In this document: one piece after another, positions 32,901 through 45,526 of the stretch | Layout of the letters: each line of letters begins with the position of its first letter | Numbering within the stretch: position 1 is the stretch's first letter | DNA from: Marsupella aquatica | Taxonomy: Eukaryota > Plantae > Marchantiophyta | Length of the DNA stretch: 64,000 bases | NCBI GenBank assembly: GCA_973895155.1 | Contig: OZ316897.1 | Coordinates: 6,562,470-6,626,469 of the forward strand | Direction: 5' to 3' | The notes under the pieces: model-generated | Databases searched by the model: none | Seen by the model: the letters and a program-made list of their open reading frames with translations, nothing else | Told to the model about the DNA's origin: nothing | Made by a program: the position numbers and the translations under genes

Positions 32901-33901
32901 TGAAAGTTCATTTTCAGTTGAGAGACCACATGAGCCGTCACACAAGTACTTCTTCACACTCAAAATGGATGTAGATGGTTTGATTCAAGCCATCTATTAA
33001 TGGCTGGACATTTAAAGGGTGATGTGGAATTTTGACAAAATTTTCACATTTACAGAAGTCTCTAACTGGACCCATAAAAAACTCATGCATTTTTACTGTC
33101 CAATCATTAACATATGTCATGTTATTATTGGTACACAACAACTATAAGGTGTACTGCTATTTTGGATGGGTGGATTCAGAAATGACCCATGTGAGAGAAG
33201 ATAAGGTGAAATCTTCAGATCAAGGTGCAGGTCACAATGGCACAACAACATACTACACCCACCAAGGAATACAATTGTAGGTGACCTTTATCTCTTGACA
33301 CTCAAACTATCTGTAGGAGAAAATGGATTTATTTGTGGAACAACTGGACCTTAATCTCCTAGTGTTAAGCTTGTCTTTTGGAAGGTGCTCCTAAGTGGGT
33401 GATGGCTAGCTTGTGTATTGTCTGCCATCTATGGGAACATTGAAATGCTTGAACACAAGTTCTATGACTGGTTGTGGCTTTGGCCAAATTGGATTCTACT
33501 TGAACAAATTCTGTGAGCACTAGTCTAAACAAGCCACAGGCTGCGGTTGCCTGCTCCTTCTTTGGCAAGACTAATATTAAAGGCTACTAGGACGCAAAAG
33601 TGTAATCCTGGCTTCCTCCTCCTCATCAATTCATGAGATCATTAGCAGCATCTGACCAGTTGGCTTTAGAGACATCAACTCACAAAGTTAACACTACCAG
33701 ATTTCCGCTGTGCCTCATTCTTCATGGAGCTGCAGTGCTATGACCATTTTGTGCAACCCTTCAGCGTACTAGCAGTGTGCAAAGGCCTGACAGTATCTAT
33801 GTCCGGCTTTTATTGAAGTCATTGAGATTATTGATAAGGCTACAAACTACAATAAATGGTAGCTATGTTTGTAACATATATTATTAATGTGTGAGTCTAG
33901 A

Positions 33902-35394
33902 GAGGTATATGCTTAATCGACCCAATCTGGACTGTTTCTTACTTAATCAACCCCCTATGTTCAGATCTGCCCCAATCGACCCCCTCTGACAATTTCTTAC
34001 ATATATATAGTTCTTGGGAAGAGCAGTATCTGGAGACTTTACCAAGCTGAACTCTAATTTTCTATCATATATATGAGCCAGTGGTCTCATCCGTAGTATG
34101 CTGCAATTATGTCGAGATAAGAGTTGGTCCACAATCCACGCGTGATAAGATCAAATGACACCGGACGTAGTCGTGGATACTTTTGTGTTTGAAGACAAAA
34201 CTAGTATGGTCTTCAAACATTTAGGGGTCTCCAGCAGGGTCTCCATTTGTCTGAAGTTTAAAAGGTAATAAAACTGGGTTGCTATCTCCATAATGTTCAT
34301 ATATGGTTGCTTTGTTGAGAATCTTTATCAGTGCATTCCACTAGTCAGAGACAAATCTATGTTTGGATCTCACTCACAGAAAAATGCTTTGTTGGATCTC
34401 TTAGACACCGATTAATTTGCTAAATTGGCATACTTGCGTTCAGGAATTATTAAATATTCTCAAAATGTTTCCAATCTTTACACCGCAAGACCATTATGAC
34501 AGCCAATAATCCAAACACTTGTAAAATTCTCCAAAATCCTTGAAGTGTTTGCCGTTTTGAATTTGAGTTGCCTTTGCTTCCATTACGAGCAATTGAACTA
34601 AGACACTTTGCATTATGTACTATCAACAAAGTGTACGTATTCACTAGAATAAACATATAAAAACAACAATTGATGACAACATCAAATTCTTACACACTTT
34701 CTTATAGGATTTCCCATCAGTTATCCTGGCCACATCCTAAACCCATGTGCAATTGTGTCTTGTTTTTGGGCATTCTCTATCTTGTTGTGATAAATTGTCA
34801 CATTAAAGAATGTCCACTTCAAATAGATCCCCTCTATGCCAAAGATGCACAATGACATCAAAGTCTCCAATATTGATATCCTTAAGTGTACCTCACACCA
34901 CTACAATGTCATCTAGATTGCATGCAAACTCTAACGAAAAGAGATTGAGCTTCCCAATAACCCCCAATACAATAGATTCCCCCAAACCTCATAACTAACA
35001 GAAGTCATCATGACAAAATGTGAAACAATGAACAGTCATTTGGACCAAGTTATGTGAGGAAAATTCAATAATAAACATCTGAAGACATAAGACGTATTGT
35101 CTTCACATCATTTCTCAAATCCTTGATTGTCGCCGTCACGGTGCGGCCGACCCTAAATGAAGCATTTGACGGTTTGGTCAAGTCGCTTGCACCCACGGAC
35201 AGGTTCAGGTAGACTGCAATTGCAATACACGGCATGTCATCATAAACTATCAAAGGGGGTGATTGGGTAAGAAACATACTTTGGGGGGTCGATTGGGGCA
35301 GATCTGAACATATTGGGTCGATTGGGGCAGATTTGAACATATGGGGTTGATTAAGCAGGAACAGTCCATAGGGGGTTGATTAAGCATATACCTC
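33902..35394. mobile_element. Non-autonomous Mutator-like element (MULE), 1493 bp
   Basis: TIRs of about 85-110 bp starting GAGGTATATGCTTAATC, with subrepeats tatgttcagatctgccccaatcgaccc. Perfect 9-bp TSD GAGTCTAGA at 33893-33901 and 35395-35403. Confidence 0.92.
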
Positions 35395-36119
35395 GAGTCT
35401 AGATGTAGCCTGTGTTGATGACAGCTCCATCATAAGGAGGCGCTATAACAAGCTGGTTGTGTGGAATGATATATTGTGGGCAACATGGCAGAATTAAGTG
35501 CATGAGCACTCATAATGCCACTAATTGAGATATTTTACAGACTACTATCTGAATTATCTGAATGATTAGTGGCAACATTGGACCTCTTGCTCCAGTACTC
35601 CTTTGGTCTGGGAGGAGGGGACTGTCCACCCCATCTCCAAGATTAGTTGGTGGACTCAAGTTATGTGTGTTAATAGGTGGCTGACCTGGCCTGATCCATT
35701 CTTGGCCCAGGCAAGAGTTTTAGTGGGTGACCTTGTGGCCAGATGGGTGGATTCTGGCACCCCCAGCTGTGTTGCTATTGAAGTATGAAGGACAACTTGA
35801 ATCTGTTGCTTGAGGGAACCATGGCATAATTGTTTTTGTGTGCTGTATTCAACTAAGGCCAACTGGTGCCACCCCAAAATACTACGAGGAAAAACGGGTG
35901 GATCTGACCCACGTATTTACTTATTCCCTATAAATTTCTTGAATCTTATATATGGTCGGCGTTTAGATCTTGATTTTGTGAATTTAACTGACAACTGTCA
36001 AATCTTCGAGGCCTGGCATAGAAGGGGGTCTCAAACTTCAAAATTCGATGAATCTTAACTTAGTCCTAAAAGTTAGGGACAGAAAAAGTTATGGACTACC
36101 AGATTCACAATCTATAACT

Positions 36120-36450
36120 TTTTGCCATAAAAACTGGCCATATGTCATGACCATACGTCTAGAGGCTCGTGGAAAAACAAAAACAACATTACCTACTGGA
36201 AAAGCTATGGCCATCCATAAATTTTTGCCATAAAAATTGGCCGTATGTCATGAGCATAAGTCTAGAGGCTCGTGAACAAAACAAAAATAACTTTTACTTA
36301 GTGGAAATGCTATAGCCATTTCTTTATGGCCAAAAGGTAACATCTGTAACTATCAACCTTTGAGACCTCCCGAATGATTCCATGAGTAAGAATTTTTGGA
36401 CAAAAAGTAATCTTCAAAACGTAAGCAAATGATTCCATGAGTAAGAAGTT
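36120..36450. repeat. Tandem duplications (2 x ~103 bp, then a 20-bp motif repeated about 56 bp apart)
   Basis: ttttgccataaaaa.tggcc.tatgtcatga.cata.gtctagaggctcgtg occurs twice; aatgattccatgagtaagaa occurs twice. Confidence 0.85.
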
Positions 36451-38403
36451 TTCAGAAGAAAGAACACAGCCCGTTAGCAAGCCTCAAACTCCAAACCCTA
36501 AAGTTAGGGCCAGCTTGGAGCCTAACAGCAATAATAGGGCTCATGTCATCACTCTGACTTTGAGGGCAAGCCAGGGTCACTTTGGGGGGCCCCCATGTTC
36601 ATGACCAGGGTGTCCCCGATTGGAGGGTCACTGTGTTTTGATGATTTCGGATAGCTCCAAAGCCAGGGCGATCCCAAGCCTAGGTGCACTGTGGGGTCAC
36701 CCCTTCAATTTTCGACGGACACCATTTCGACCCCAGATCTTAGGTAGGCTGCTATGTGGGTCAGCAGCTCTTGGGCCGTTTTCCCCTTAGTTACCACGCG
36801 GTCAGCAAGGAAGGGTTTAAGGTTTTAGACAGTACAAAGGTTCAGCGCCGGCCTTGCCCAGACCGGACGGTACTGGGTCGGGCTCTGGCCTAAAGGTGCG
36901 GTGGCTGACAGGCATATAAATGGGGCTAGGATCGGACTCCCCTCGACATGCTCGGTCCTTCGTAGTGGACTGGACCTCCGAAGGGCGCAGGGCACTCATG
37001 AGTCTCGAGAACATCGATCGACCGAGCAAGCGAGAAGAGGGCCCGAACCGATGAGCATCAAATTCTGGCAGCATGGTTGGCTGCAACTTGCAGGTACTTG
37101 CGAGTACTTGCGAGTCGACCACAGCTAGCAGGGCTGCTGTCTCTCGAGACGGATTCTTGATTCTTCGCACTCCGCATTTCGCATGTCATGTGTTCCTCCT
37201 ATTACGGTGAAGCAAACAATCATGGGAGGGCAGATGGGAGGGCAGATTTCTTCCCTCTCGTTGTTGCGCTAGTTTTTTAAGTTGCACGGCGTGTCCGCAA
37301 CATCTGTCTAGTACTTGCAACGCGCGCATGGGGTCCTCTTCTTCGATATGAAACACGTGTCGGCGCTCGGCATCGGGAAGAGTTTCGGATCTGCTTCACT
37401 TGTATTGTTCGCGAAGAAAGCTCCTGAAGCATAAGAATGGTCTTGACTCGGTCTGAACAGACGAGTTCGCTTTCACTTTCCTACTAGTACTATGGCCTTC
37501 GAATGCCACAGTTTGGTGCGACTTCGAGATTTCTTTTCTTCCTTGTGACCGACTGTCAGTCCGAGAATGTCACCATCTCGACGAAACAGTCACCACTCTA
37601 GGAATCGAATTCTGGTCGCCGTGCCAAGCTGTGTGCATCCAAAGACCTATTGGCTCGCACAGGTCGACTCTACAACTTCGAGAATTATCGGCAATTGCAG
37701 GGCTTTTCGTTCGCTCTCAGATGTACTGTCACTCACAACTTGAAGTGGTCAACAGTTTCACCCAGTGACCAACGAAGTTCACTAGTAAGTACAGCTAGGA
37801 ACTCGATCTGTTCTAAGTTTAGTTGTAATTGGTTAGAAACATTGGCTAGAGATGTCTGTTATCTCCACTTTTTCATCCGTTTTCCAGCGTTCTTTTATGT
37901 GGAATCTCCGATAATACAGATCTAAGGTTTGCAGTACTCCTTCGTCATTTCAACGATACAGAATACTCCTATTCGTGCATGGTACCTATTTGTTCGCACT
38001 CTAAAATCTACTTTCGCTTGGGCTCTATTGTACTGAGCAAATCCATTTGAAAACTCTATTTGAAGGTAGACGGTTCAACATTTTGACCGTAAATGATTTG
38101 CTTGCCTCTCACGTGCTGTTCTGTCTTGTCATGTCATTGATCCGTTGGCCACGGTGCTTAGTACTTCTGACTACCTTAAACCGTTGCCAAATACCTTGAC
38201 AAACATTCCCTCTCCAGTGTCTCTCCACAGTACGCAAAGTCACCTATTTCGGGCATTTTGCGTCTTTTGTCCCGACTGTAACTCGAGGTGATATATTTCT
38301 GCATTGAAAATGTTGAATAAGCGTCAGGATGCGATTCTTCACTTGCAGTAAACTATTCTAGCTCTGCCTTGTGGATGGGCAAATCCTCGCAGTGAATCTC
38401 GAC

Positions 38404-38710
38404 CCCCTTCATACATATGGAAAGCCATATGGGAGGGGATAAGAGCTCTCTTCGTGTGTTTACAGGGGATTGTAAACGCACGAAGAGATTGTATCATTTA
38501 AGCTATGTCTTTGTTCAGTTTGTTTTTCAGTTCATTCAATTGGTTTGCTACCGTAGGTTATGAAGTACAGCTCGTGGGGTTGTATGTCGACCTCACGGCT
38601 ATTCGAAAAGTCTGGTTCGTGTTAGTCCTCCGTGCTAACGAGAAACAGTTTATACGTTCGTTTCCACTCGGCACTCCGAGGAACGAGGGGTTCAACTCAC
38701 TAAGGCCCTG
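38404..38710 (+). other. Cluster of consecutive stem-loops (candidate structured RNA)
   Basis: Hairpins at 38404-38438, 38447-38488 (18-bp stem, 6-nt loop), 38569-38600 and 38658-38686. The non-Watson-Crick pairs are G-U on the + strand. Confidence 0.4.
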
Positions 38711-41700
38711 TAAATAAGTTTCAGTTAGGTGACTACTGCTGCGTGAGAAACAAAGCTTATCCCTGTCGCGGCTCAAATCGAGGCACCTGCTTGTTTGAGA
38801 CTGATCGTCTATGTATTGAGAATAGCAGTTTATTGAGTTAGTCACGCACGATTTTTGTCTACGAACTAGACTATGACAAATAAGGAAAGTAACATACTAT
38901 GCAGCAGGAGGACCGTTAACGTCTATTGGATGCACACGAGCAACAATGTCGAATGGCGACCATGAAAATTACTGTTCCTCTCGACTCATATTACGATTTG
39001 TCGACGTTGTTCGAGTTTGTAGTTATAATTGAAACTGAGTTATGTGCATTGTACCGAGCTCCAAGTACGCATCATGATCTGAAGGCTTGCGCCGGTCGAC
39101 CATTCTGAGGAGTACTTGGTCATGCATTTGTTTATGGCCCACCCACTTCAAGGAGCTGATACCAAACCCGGATGAAAAACAATTCCAACCTTTCAATCCC
39201 AGGTGCATTCCCCTTCGTGGTACGAAAACATAAACTTGTCTCCGAGTCATTCCCGGTGTGAGATAGATTAGCCGAGTCTACTCTCGCCGCGTAATATGCT
39301 TGCACAGTTGTTTTCTTCCAAGTTGCAGTGGCTTAAAATTCTAATATGGTCTTACAGTAGCTCCAGTGTATGGGAGTAAATGCTCGGAACACTTGACCTC
39401 GGTAACGTAGATTCATGGTAGCAGGTCGAATTTTGTCGAATTTTTTATCCAAGTATCTCCCACTAAAATGTTTTCGCCGAATACGAGAAATAGGATAATC
39501 TTTCCCCATCAAGTTGTGTGTCCGTGCTCTGGACATCCTGGGCCCCTGCTTTTCGGGATGCCCCGTTGTATGTGTATGCTGCTTCGAGTAATGGGTTTCA
39601 ATGAAATTTGTTATGTGTCCGTCACAGTAGACTAGTCATCCCGCGAAACCCTGGATTGTCTGAATATGTCACAACTCATATATATATTTAGCAAACTTTT
39701 TTTTTGCAGTCACCCATAGACCATCAGCTAGTATTAAATACTCGCAGCTGACATAATTGCTCGCGTAGTACAACGCAGATGGCTTCACGTTGCAATTGAA
39801 TGGATCTTTCGAGGGCATAGATGCAAATAAGCGAAGTATGAGACAGTCTTGTGCCGAGTCAGTCGCGGAGGAGTGGGTCAAGCGATTCATATTCACTTCC
39901 ATTTATTTTGCCGGAGATTCTGCTGTCATCGTTGAGTCAATCACTGTAATTCAATCTGGTCAGAGGCACGACCATCGATTGTTCGATGGTCAACTTCCTT
40001 ATCTAAGCCAAAGATTTAATATAACAAGGCGTATCGATTCAAAACTGCTGCGGGAACTCTGTTATTTGGCCTTCCTGGATTTCACAAAAATTTGCGCACA
40101 TCGTGCGATGTCATAACGATGTCGCTGGCTCTCAGTTCTCAATTCGTAGAAAATTGCAGGGGATCGAGTCAAAAATAAAGGTTTACCTTCGTCCATCCTT
40201 CCCTTTCCAAAGCCATGAATGCCTCTTCCAAGTCAGCACTGAAACTCAGGGTACAGTCGCCAAGCTACGTCCGATTTGGCGCTACATAGGGCCGCAAAAA
40301 GCAAATGAATGGAATAAGCAAACAATCAGACCAGCAAATGCATTGAAATTCGAATTTCGATTGAGCTTACTCCAATACTCCACATACAGAAGTCACACGC
40401 TGTCACAGATTTTACCATATTTTTCTCGAAACATTCACAGGCGGACAAAACATGCACGGCGATTGAGGTTGACGCTTGAACCCCTACTCGACTGAAAGAG
40501 ACCCGACACTCAGTACCTCCTACGCGTCTCTCAGCTGTATACTGTCAACAAATGTATTACATGCAAGATGGTGACACTTTGCAGCTTTCTAACCGGAGAC
40601 AGAAAATTCTCGTTATTTAGACTTGATCTTCCCCGTCCCACCCGCAATATGTCGGAGTTTAAGGTTCCTTGGACGCTCGCAGATCTGTCGCAAATCTTAC
40701 TCTGAGGTTCCACAATGTTGACAAACACTGAGCTGTTTCTTACTTTCACAGAGGCTTTCTTTGGCCCTTCTGATTTTTCATTGACCAATTTTTTAATAGC
40801 GTGGCGTCATTTAGGTTGCTTTAATTTATTAGCCGGAGTCACCGTTTTGGAAGAGCGCAACGCATATGAAACCCGCACCTTGAATTGAACACCTAGCCCA
40901 GTGCTTTAAGAATTGTGGCTCGCCTTGACCTTGCTTCTCTTTCATCGAACCACACAAACTCTCCGGGCACGATTCGTCCACGGACTGTGGATGTTCAGAC
41001 CACAAGTTCCGCCTCCACAAACAACCAAATCGAGCCTTGGCCAGAATTAAGTTTACCATTGGTCTAGAGAGGATCTTGGGGAAAAAGTTCCCTCATGCTT
41101 TTTATATTTATTAGCCCCTATATCTCTGTCCTTATTAGCCATCAAACAGGTCCCCAATTCGAGGCCTGAGATTTCCGAATTTGTTTCTCCCTTTGGGGAC
41201 GGGTTAGATTTCCGAGGAGTTTCCTCAGAGGCGGACAGGGAGAGAGAGAGAGAAAGAGCTTCCCCTAATGTCTTACCATGCAATATAATAATGATTTCTA
41301 AAACAAGCCTGCCCGAAAGTTGAGGGTGGCGGCTATGGTGTGCTTTCCGAGGTTGCCCAGTTCATTCCGTTTTGACACATTTTAGGGACATACACCACTG
41401 GATTCTTGGTGCAAGGAACTTTTGCCAAGTACAAAATGGATGGAACAACAAGCAAGAGGCATAATCTGTGATGTGCCAAGTCCCTTCACAATAATGCTCT
41501 TCACATCTCCAAAATGGCTTCTCAAAATAACGCTTCCACAATAAACCTCTGCATACCCTCTTGATATAGTCGGCTATCCGTCCTTCCATTTATTGTTTAT
41601 TGCATAACTATATTCTCATTATTTTTGGATATTGAGAGTTCCAACTTTCGGATTCTCATCCTTGCTTCGCCCACAGTATATAAAATTGGGGGGTGGTCTG

Positions 41701-41750
41701 TACTTTTTCTTTGAGAAAACCCTTGGGGAGACAGTCACCCCGTCCGTGCT

Positions 41751-42035
41751 TTGTCATGGCTCCCAATCTATCAATGTTAAATAAAAATAGAACTCTTGAG
41801 TTGAAGACTTGCAATTACAATTCATGATAAACTAGGGTCACACACAACACATGTCCAAGGGAACATTCAACTGAAGAGAAGTTTAGGGTACTGCTTTTGG
41901 CCTGGGAATGAGGGAGAAAAGGGGCACCCGGCCACCCGGGCACCTATCAATTTCAAACTCACGTGAACTTGAATGTTGAATGCAACTCAAGATTTCTATT
42001 TCTATATATCATTGATAGATTGGGAGCCGTGACAA
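41751..42035. mobile_element. 285-bp foldback/MITE-like element with ~53-bp imperfect inverted arms
   Basis: 41751-41803 (ttgtcatggctcccaatctatcaatg...cttgagttg) pairs with 41983-42035. No TSD detected. Confidence 0.75.
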
Positions 42036-42309
42036 CTGCAACATCTAGTTGAGACAAAGCAACACTGCAACTGGGCAGAAGAAGGGTGGCTGAAAATGAC
42101 GTCCCAATCTGGAACTAGAATAGGGGATATGAGCACATTGAGGCTGGCATACCAGACAAAGATAGACATAGAGACTTGCAAGGACTTTGTTAACTGCCCT
42201 CTCTCCAACCTTGCCCCCGCTGCACTCAGCCCGCAGCAAAACAACACACAGATCTGCACAGCAAAGCATCTATCTTGCAAACACTAGCTCAATACCTGTG
42301 CTTTGCACA

Positions 42310-42720
42310 AAAGATACTGTTAAGTAAAAAGATGTTGTGGTGCCAAAGATGTCGTCAAGTCAAAAATATTATTATCTCAAAGATGTCGGGAATTACAAAG
42401 ATATTGTTGTCTCAACGATGTCATCAAGTGCAAAGATGTTGTTAAGTAAAAAGATGTCAATAAGTAAACTTAGGGATGTTATTAGTAAAAGGTGTCGTCA
42501 AGTGCAAAGATGTCATGGCGGCAAATATGTTGTTAAGTAAAAAGATGTCGATAAATAAAGGGATATTGTTAGTAACAAATGTTGTGAAGTAATAGGTGTT
42601 ATTTAATACAAAAATATTAAATATCACTAGAAGATGTTGTTGATGTAACATCTGTCATGACTAACCGAAAGATGCCTCCGAGTAAAAGAAGTCATTCAGT
42701 AAAAATGTTGTTGATCGAGG
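42310..42720. repeat. Low-complexity AAAGATGT(T/C)GT short-repeat tract
   Basis: Many degenerate aaagatgt units adjacent to the retroelement-like ORF remnant. Confidence 0.8.
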
Positions 42721-44153
42721 TGACGGAGTATTAGTCGGGGCTTCCGACTCGGGGTTTGCCCGAGGCGAGGCAGTCCGCTCGCTCGGGGGAGCCTCCTCCG
42801 TAGCGGGGGTGACATTAGTCGGGGCTGAGGTGGCCATATTCTTTCCCCTTGCCTCCCGCCGTGCCTTGTACTAGGCGAGGATGATGGCGATATGACTTCC
42901 CAGGTAAGTCTTCCCCCCGATAGCCATACCTCCCTGAGCCCGCTTAAGCTCTCCCGAGAACCTTCGGTAAAAGAATTGGGCCCAGTTCCGCCGTTTGTAC
43001 TGTTCCACCTGCACGATCGTGCAGAGGGAAATCTCGGATCGTGGCTCAATCATGTGTAGGGTAGTCCGTATGAAGTTAAGCCGCTCCATGCAGATTAACT
43101 TGGTGCACGACCCCTGCTTGTATCCGTTGTCCGTCTTACCTTCGGGTTTGAAGTGCCGAGGTGTATACTCCTTATCCCGAATTCGAAGTTCAACCCGGTT
43201 GGCAGGCAGAAGATCTATGCTAACCGATGCTCCGTGAGTGATAAGGTTTGCCCTGAAACCTTAGTGGTCGATGCGTCGGTGTCAAAATTGGAGATGAACT
43301 CACAAATCTCCTTTGGCCCGGCCGCGCACGGTCTCTATAGCAAGTGAGCAAACTGCTCCAACTGTTGCTCCTTGAGATAGTCCGCGTGGTCGAGTTTCTT
43401 GATCGTGATCCAGACTACCTCGGGAACGCGGATTACCTATAATAAGTTAGACTTGGGATTATCCGGGGGCCGTCGGGTCTGGTTGGCCGAGGGGTTTGTC
43501 GGGGGAGGTGCAGGAGCGGCGCTGGTTCGTGTTGTCAATTCGGGGGCCGGCGTCGTTCTTGCCCACTTACGAGAACGCTGCTCGAGATGCGGACTAACTC
43601 GCTCGGAACCCAAAGAACACTCGGTGTTGTTCACGGGACGGACTTGGGACCGGTTCGGTGGTTCGCCGGTGGTCATCGGCTGAGGCGCTGGTGGTGTTGG
43701 TGTAGCCATATCCCAGTTGAGGGCGTTGGAGCTTTCCCCGAGGAACGTAAGATTACGCGCCGCTTCCCGTTGTCTGCTGATGTCTTCTTGGCGCTTTTCG
43801 GCTGCGATCTGCTGGTCTAGGTACCCCAGGATCTTGTCAAACTCCGCTTGAGTAAGCCGCTGGCTGCCCTTCAGCCTAAAGAACTTTGCGGGGACTTCAA
43901 GAATCGCCTCTGCTACCTATCTAAGCCCTTCCTCGCTGAGATATAGCTCGGTGATGTAGTCTCGCAGCTCGTTGTAGCTGGAATCTCTGGTGATAGCTGT
44001 CTTCTCGCAATTAACCTGTGCTACCTTGGCCACCAGCTTCGCGTATCTTCGTTCATAAGCGGCTTTCTCGGGACAAGAGTACCAGTAAGTCTCGAAGAAC
44101 TTAGCACCCACCTCGCCAAACAAGGTCCAAAATCCCAAGGCTGTAAGGGTCAT
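42720..44153 (-). pseudogene. Decayed accessory ORF, probably from a gypsy (Tat/Athila-type) retrotransposon
   Basis: ORF-track pieces 43917-44153 and 43437-43709 are in one frame and join 42871-43089 through one frameshift; five TAG stops in total. Contains EICEFISNFD...TKVSGQTLSLTE..LA.IFCLP.G and NWAQFFYRRF...KTYLGSHI, typical of plant-transposon accessory proteins. LTR-like terminus TGTGGATACATTTTT on the minus strand at 44732. Confidence 0.6.
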
Positions 44154-45342
44154 ACTAACCTTTGTAGTCCGGTTCGTCGAGTCCGCGTTCCCGCTGTTTG
44201 GTCCGCTTACTGGTGGAGGCCTTCCTTGCCCTGACTAAATCTCGCCACAACCCGCTCTTATCCCTCAATGATTTCCTCGTAAAGGTCAGCTTGATTCGAG
44301 CAAGAAGGTGAGAAAATGGCAGCGTCCGCGAATTCCAAAAGGTAGAAATGAGCAAATGGCCCGCAACGCCATCGAATCCTCTCTTATGGAGGTGCCAGGG
44401 TGAGCTCGAGCGTGAGAGGGCCAGGCCGTTTTGGTCGTTGATAATGAGCTGAAGTCGGCGTCTCAGTCCAAGCGTGATTCTTCTAACGGATTTTTACTCC
44501 GCCGCCACCACCGTACCTCGGTTGAGCGTAATAATCCTCTTCCTTTATTCGTAATCATTCGGTCAACTAACCTACTCCTAATCTATTCATAATGGCAAAA
44601 GATGGCTATTCGTGCTATTCTACGCTACGGCTACGGTCCTAATGACCGTATAAGACCTAATCTATGACCTGCGTTTGGTTAAGTGACACGTTACCCGTGT
44701 CACATACACATCAGCAAAAAAATGTATCCACAAGGGGCCCACTGATAGACGACTAGGTTTGGCAAGGGTTTTGCAAGATTGTGCCCATGTAAGTCTGGCC
44801 TGCTCCCACATTTGAATGGCTAGGATTGCTTCTCACACATAGAGAAAAAGAAACTGCTGAGCCTCCCGAGTTCTTGTAAAGCCGTGACCCTAAGAGAATG
44901 TGAACTACCACGGGGTTGTTAAGTAGTGGGATATTGTTGGAAATCATACTAAGTAAATAGCTCCCCTTGCACATTCCTGACAATCAAGTTTGCCTTTGCT
45001 ACAAGGATTGGGATTCCTTCCCGTTCAAGTCAAGCCTCCACTTTGATCAGCTGGGATTTTAAAGGCTCATGCTTTCTTGGGTGCTTTGCCTCATTAAAAA
45101 CTGTGGACTTATTTCTCCCAAGAAAGTAGTTACATGCTTGGACCTCCTTCGACAACCACATACCCAGCATTGCAATTATATGGCAGTGTTATGCTTTTAG
45201 AACACTGAAATGTTTTTAGTATGAATCTGAAGCAAGGCAACTTTAGACAAATGTAATTATTTTAAGTAGCAACTAAGTAAGTTAGGGGTCCATAAACAAT
45301 TCAAGAAAACTGTCATGTTTCACATATGGTGTTGTTGGCCCG

Positions 45343-45526
45343 GCATAATGCAGCTCATGAATCTGATGTGATTGGAACTAAATTTTCAGGCTGTTTCGAA
45401 AGAAGCATCTACCACTGACTATGTTGGTTGGGGTGCATAATGCAGCTCATGAATCTGATGTGATTGGAACTAAATTTTCAGGCTGTTTTGAAAGAAGCAT
45501 CTACCACTGATTATGTTGGCTGGGGT
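45343..45526. repeat. Tandem duplication, 2 x 92 bp
   Basis: gcataatgcagctcatgaatctg...atgttgg.tggggt at 45343 and 45435, nearly identical. Confidence 0.95.

Noticed and set aside
36454-36472. miR529-like sequence agaagaaagaacacagccc
   Set aside because: Several mismatches/indels relative to the mature miRNA and no foldback partner.
35880-36967. CACTA element bounded by tactacgagga and tccttcgtagtg
   Set aside because: The TIR match is short and imperfect, with no 3-bp TSD.
42871-43919. Stop-codon recoding or U-to-C editing explaining the TAG stops
   Set aside because: U-to-C editing is organellar, and a frameshift is also present, so mutational decay is the simpler explanation.
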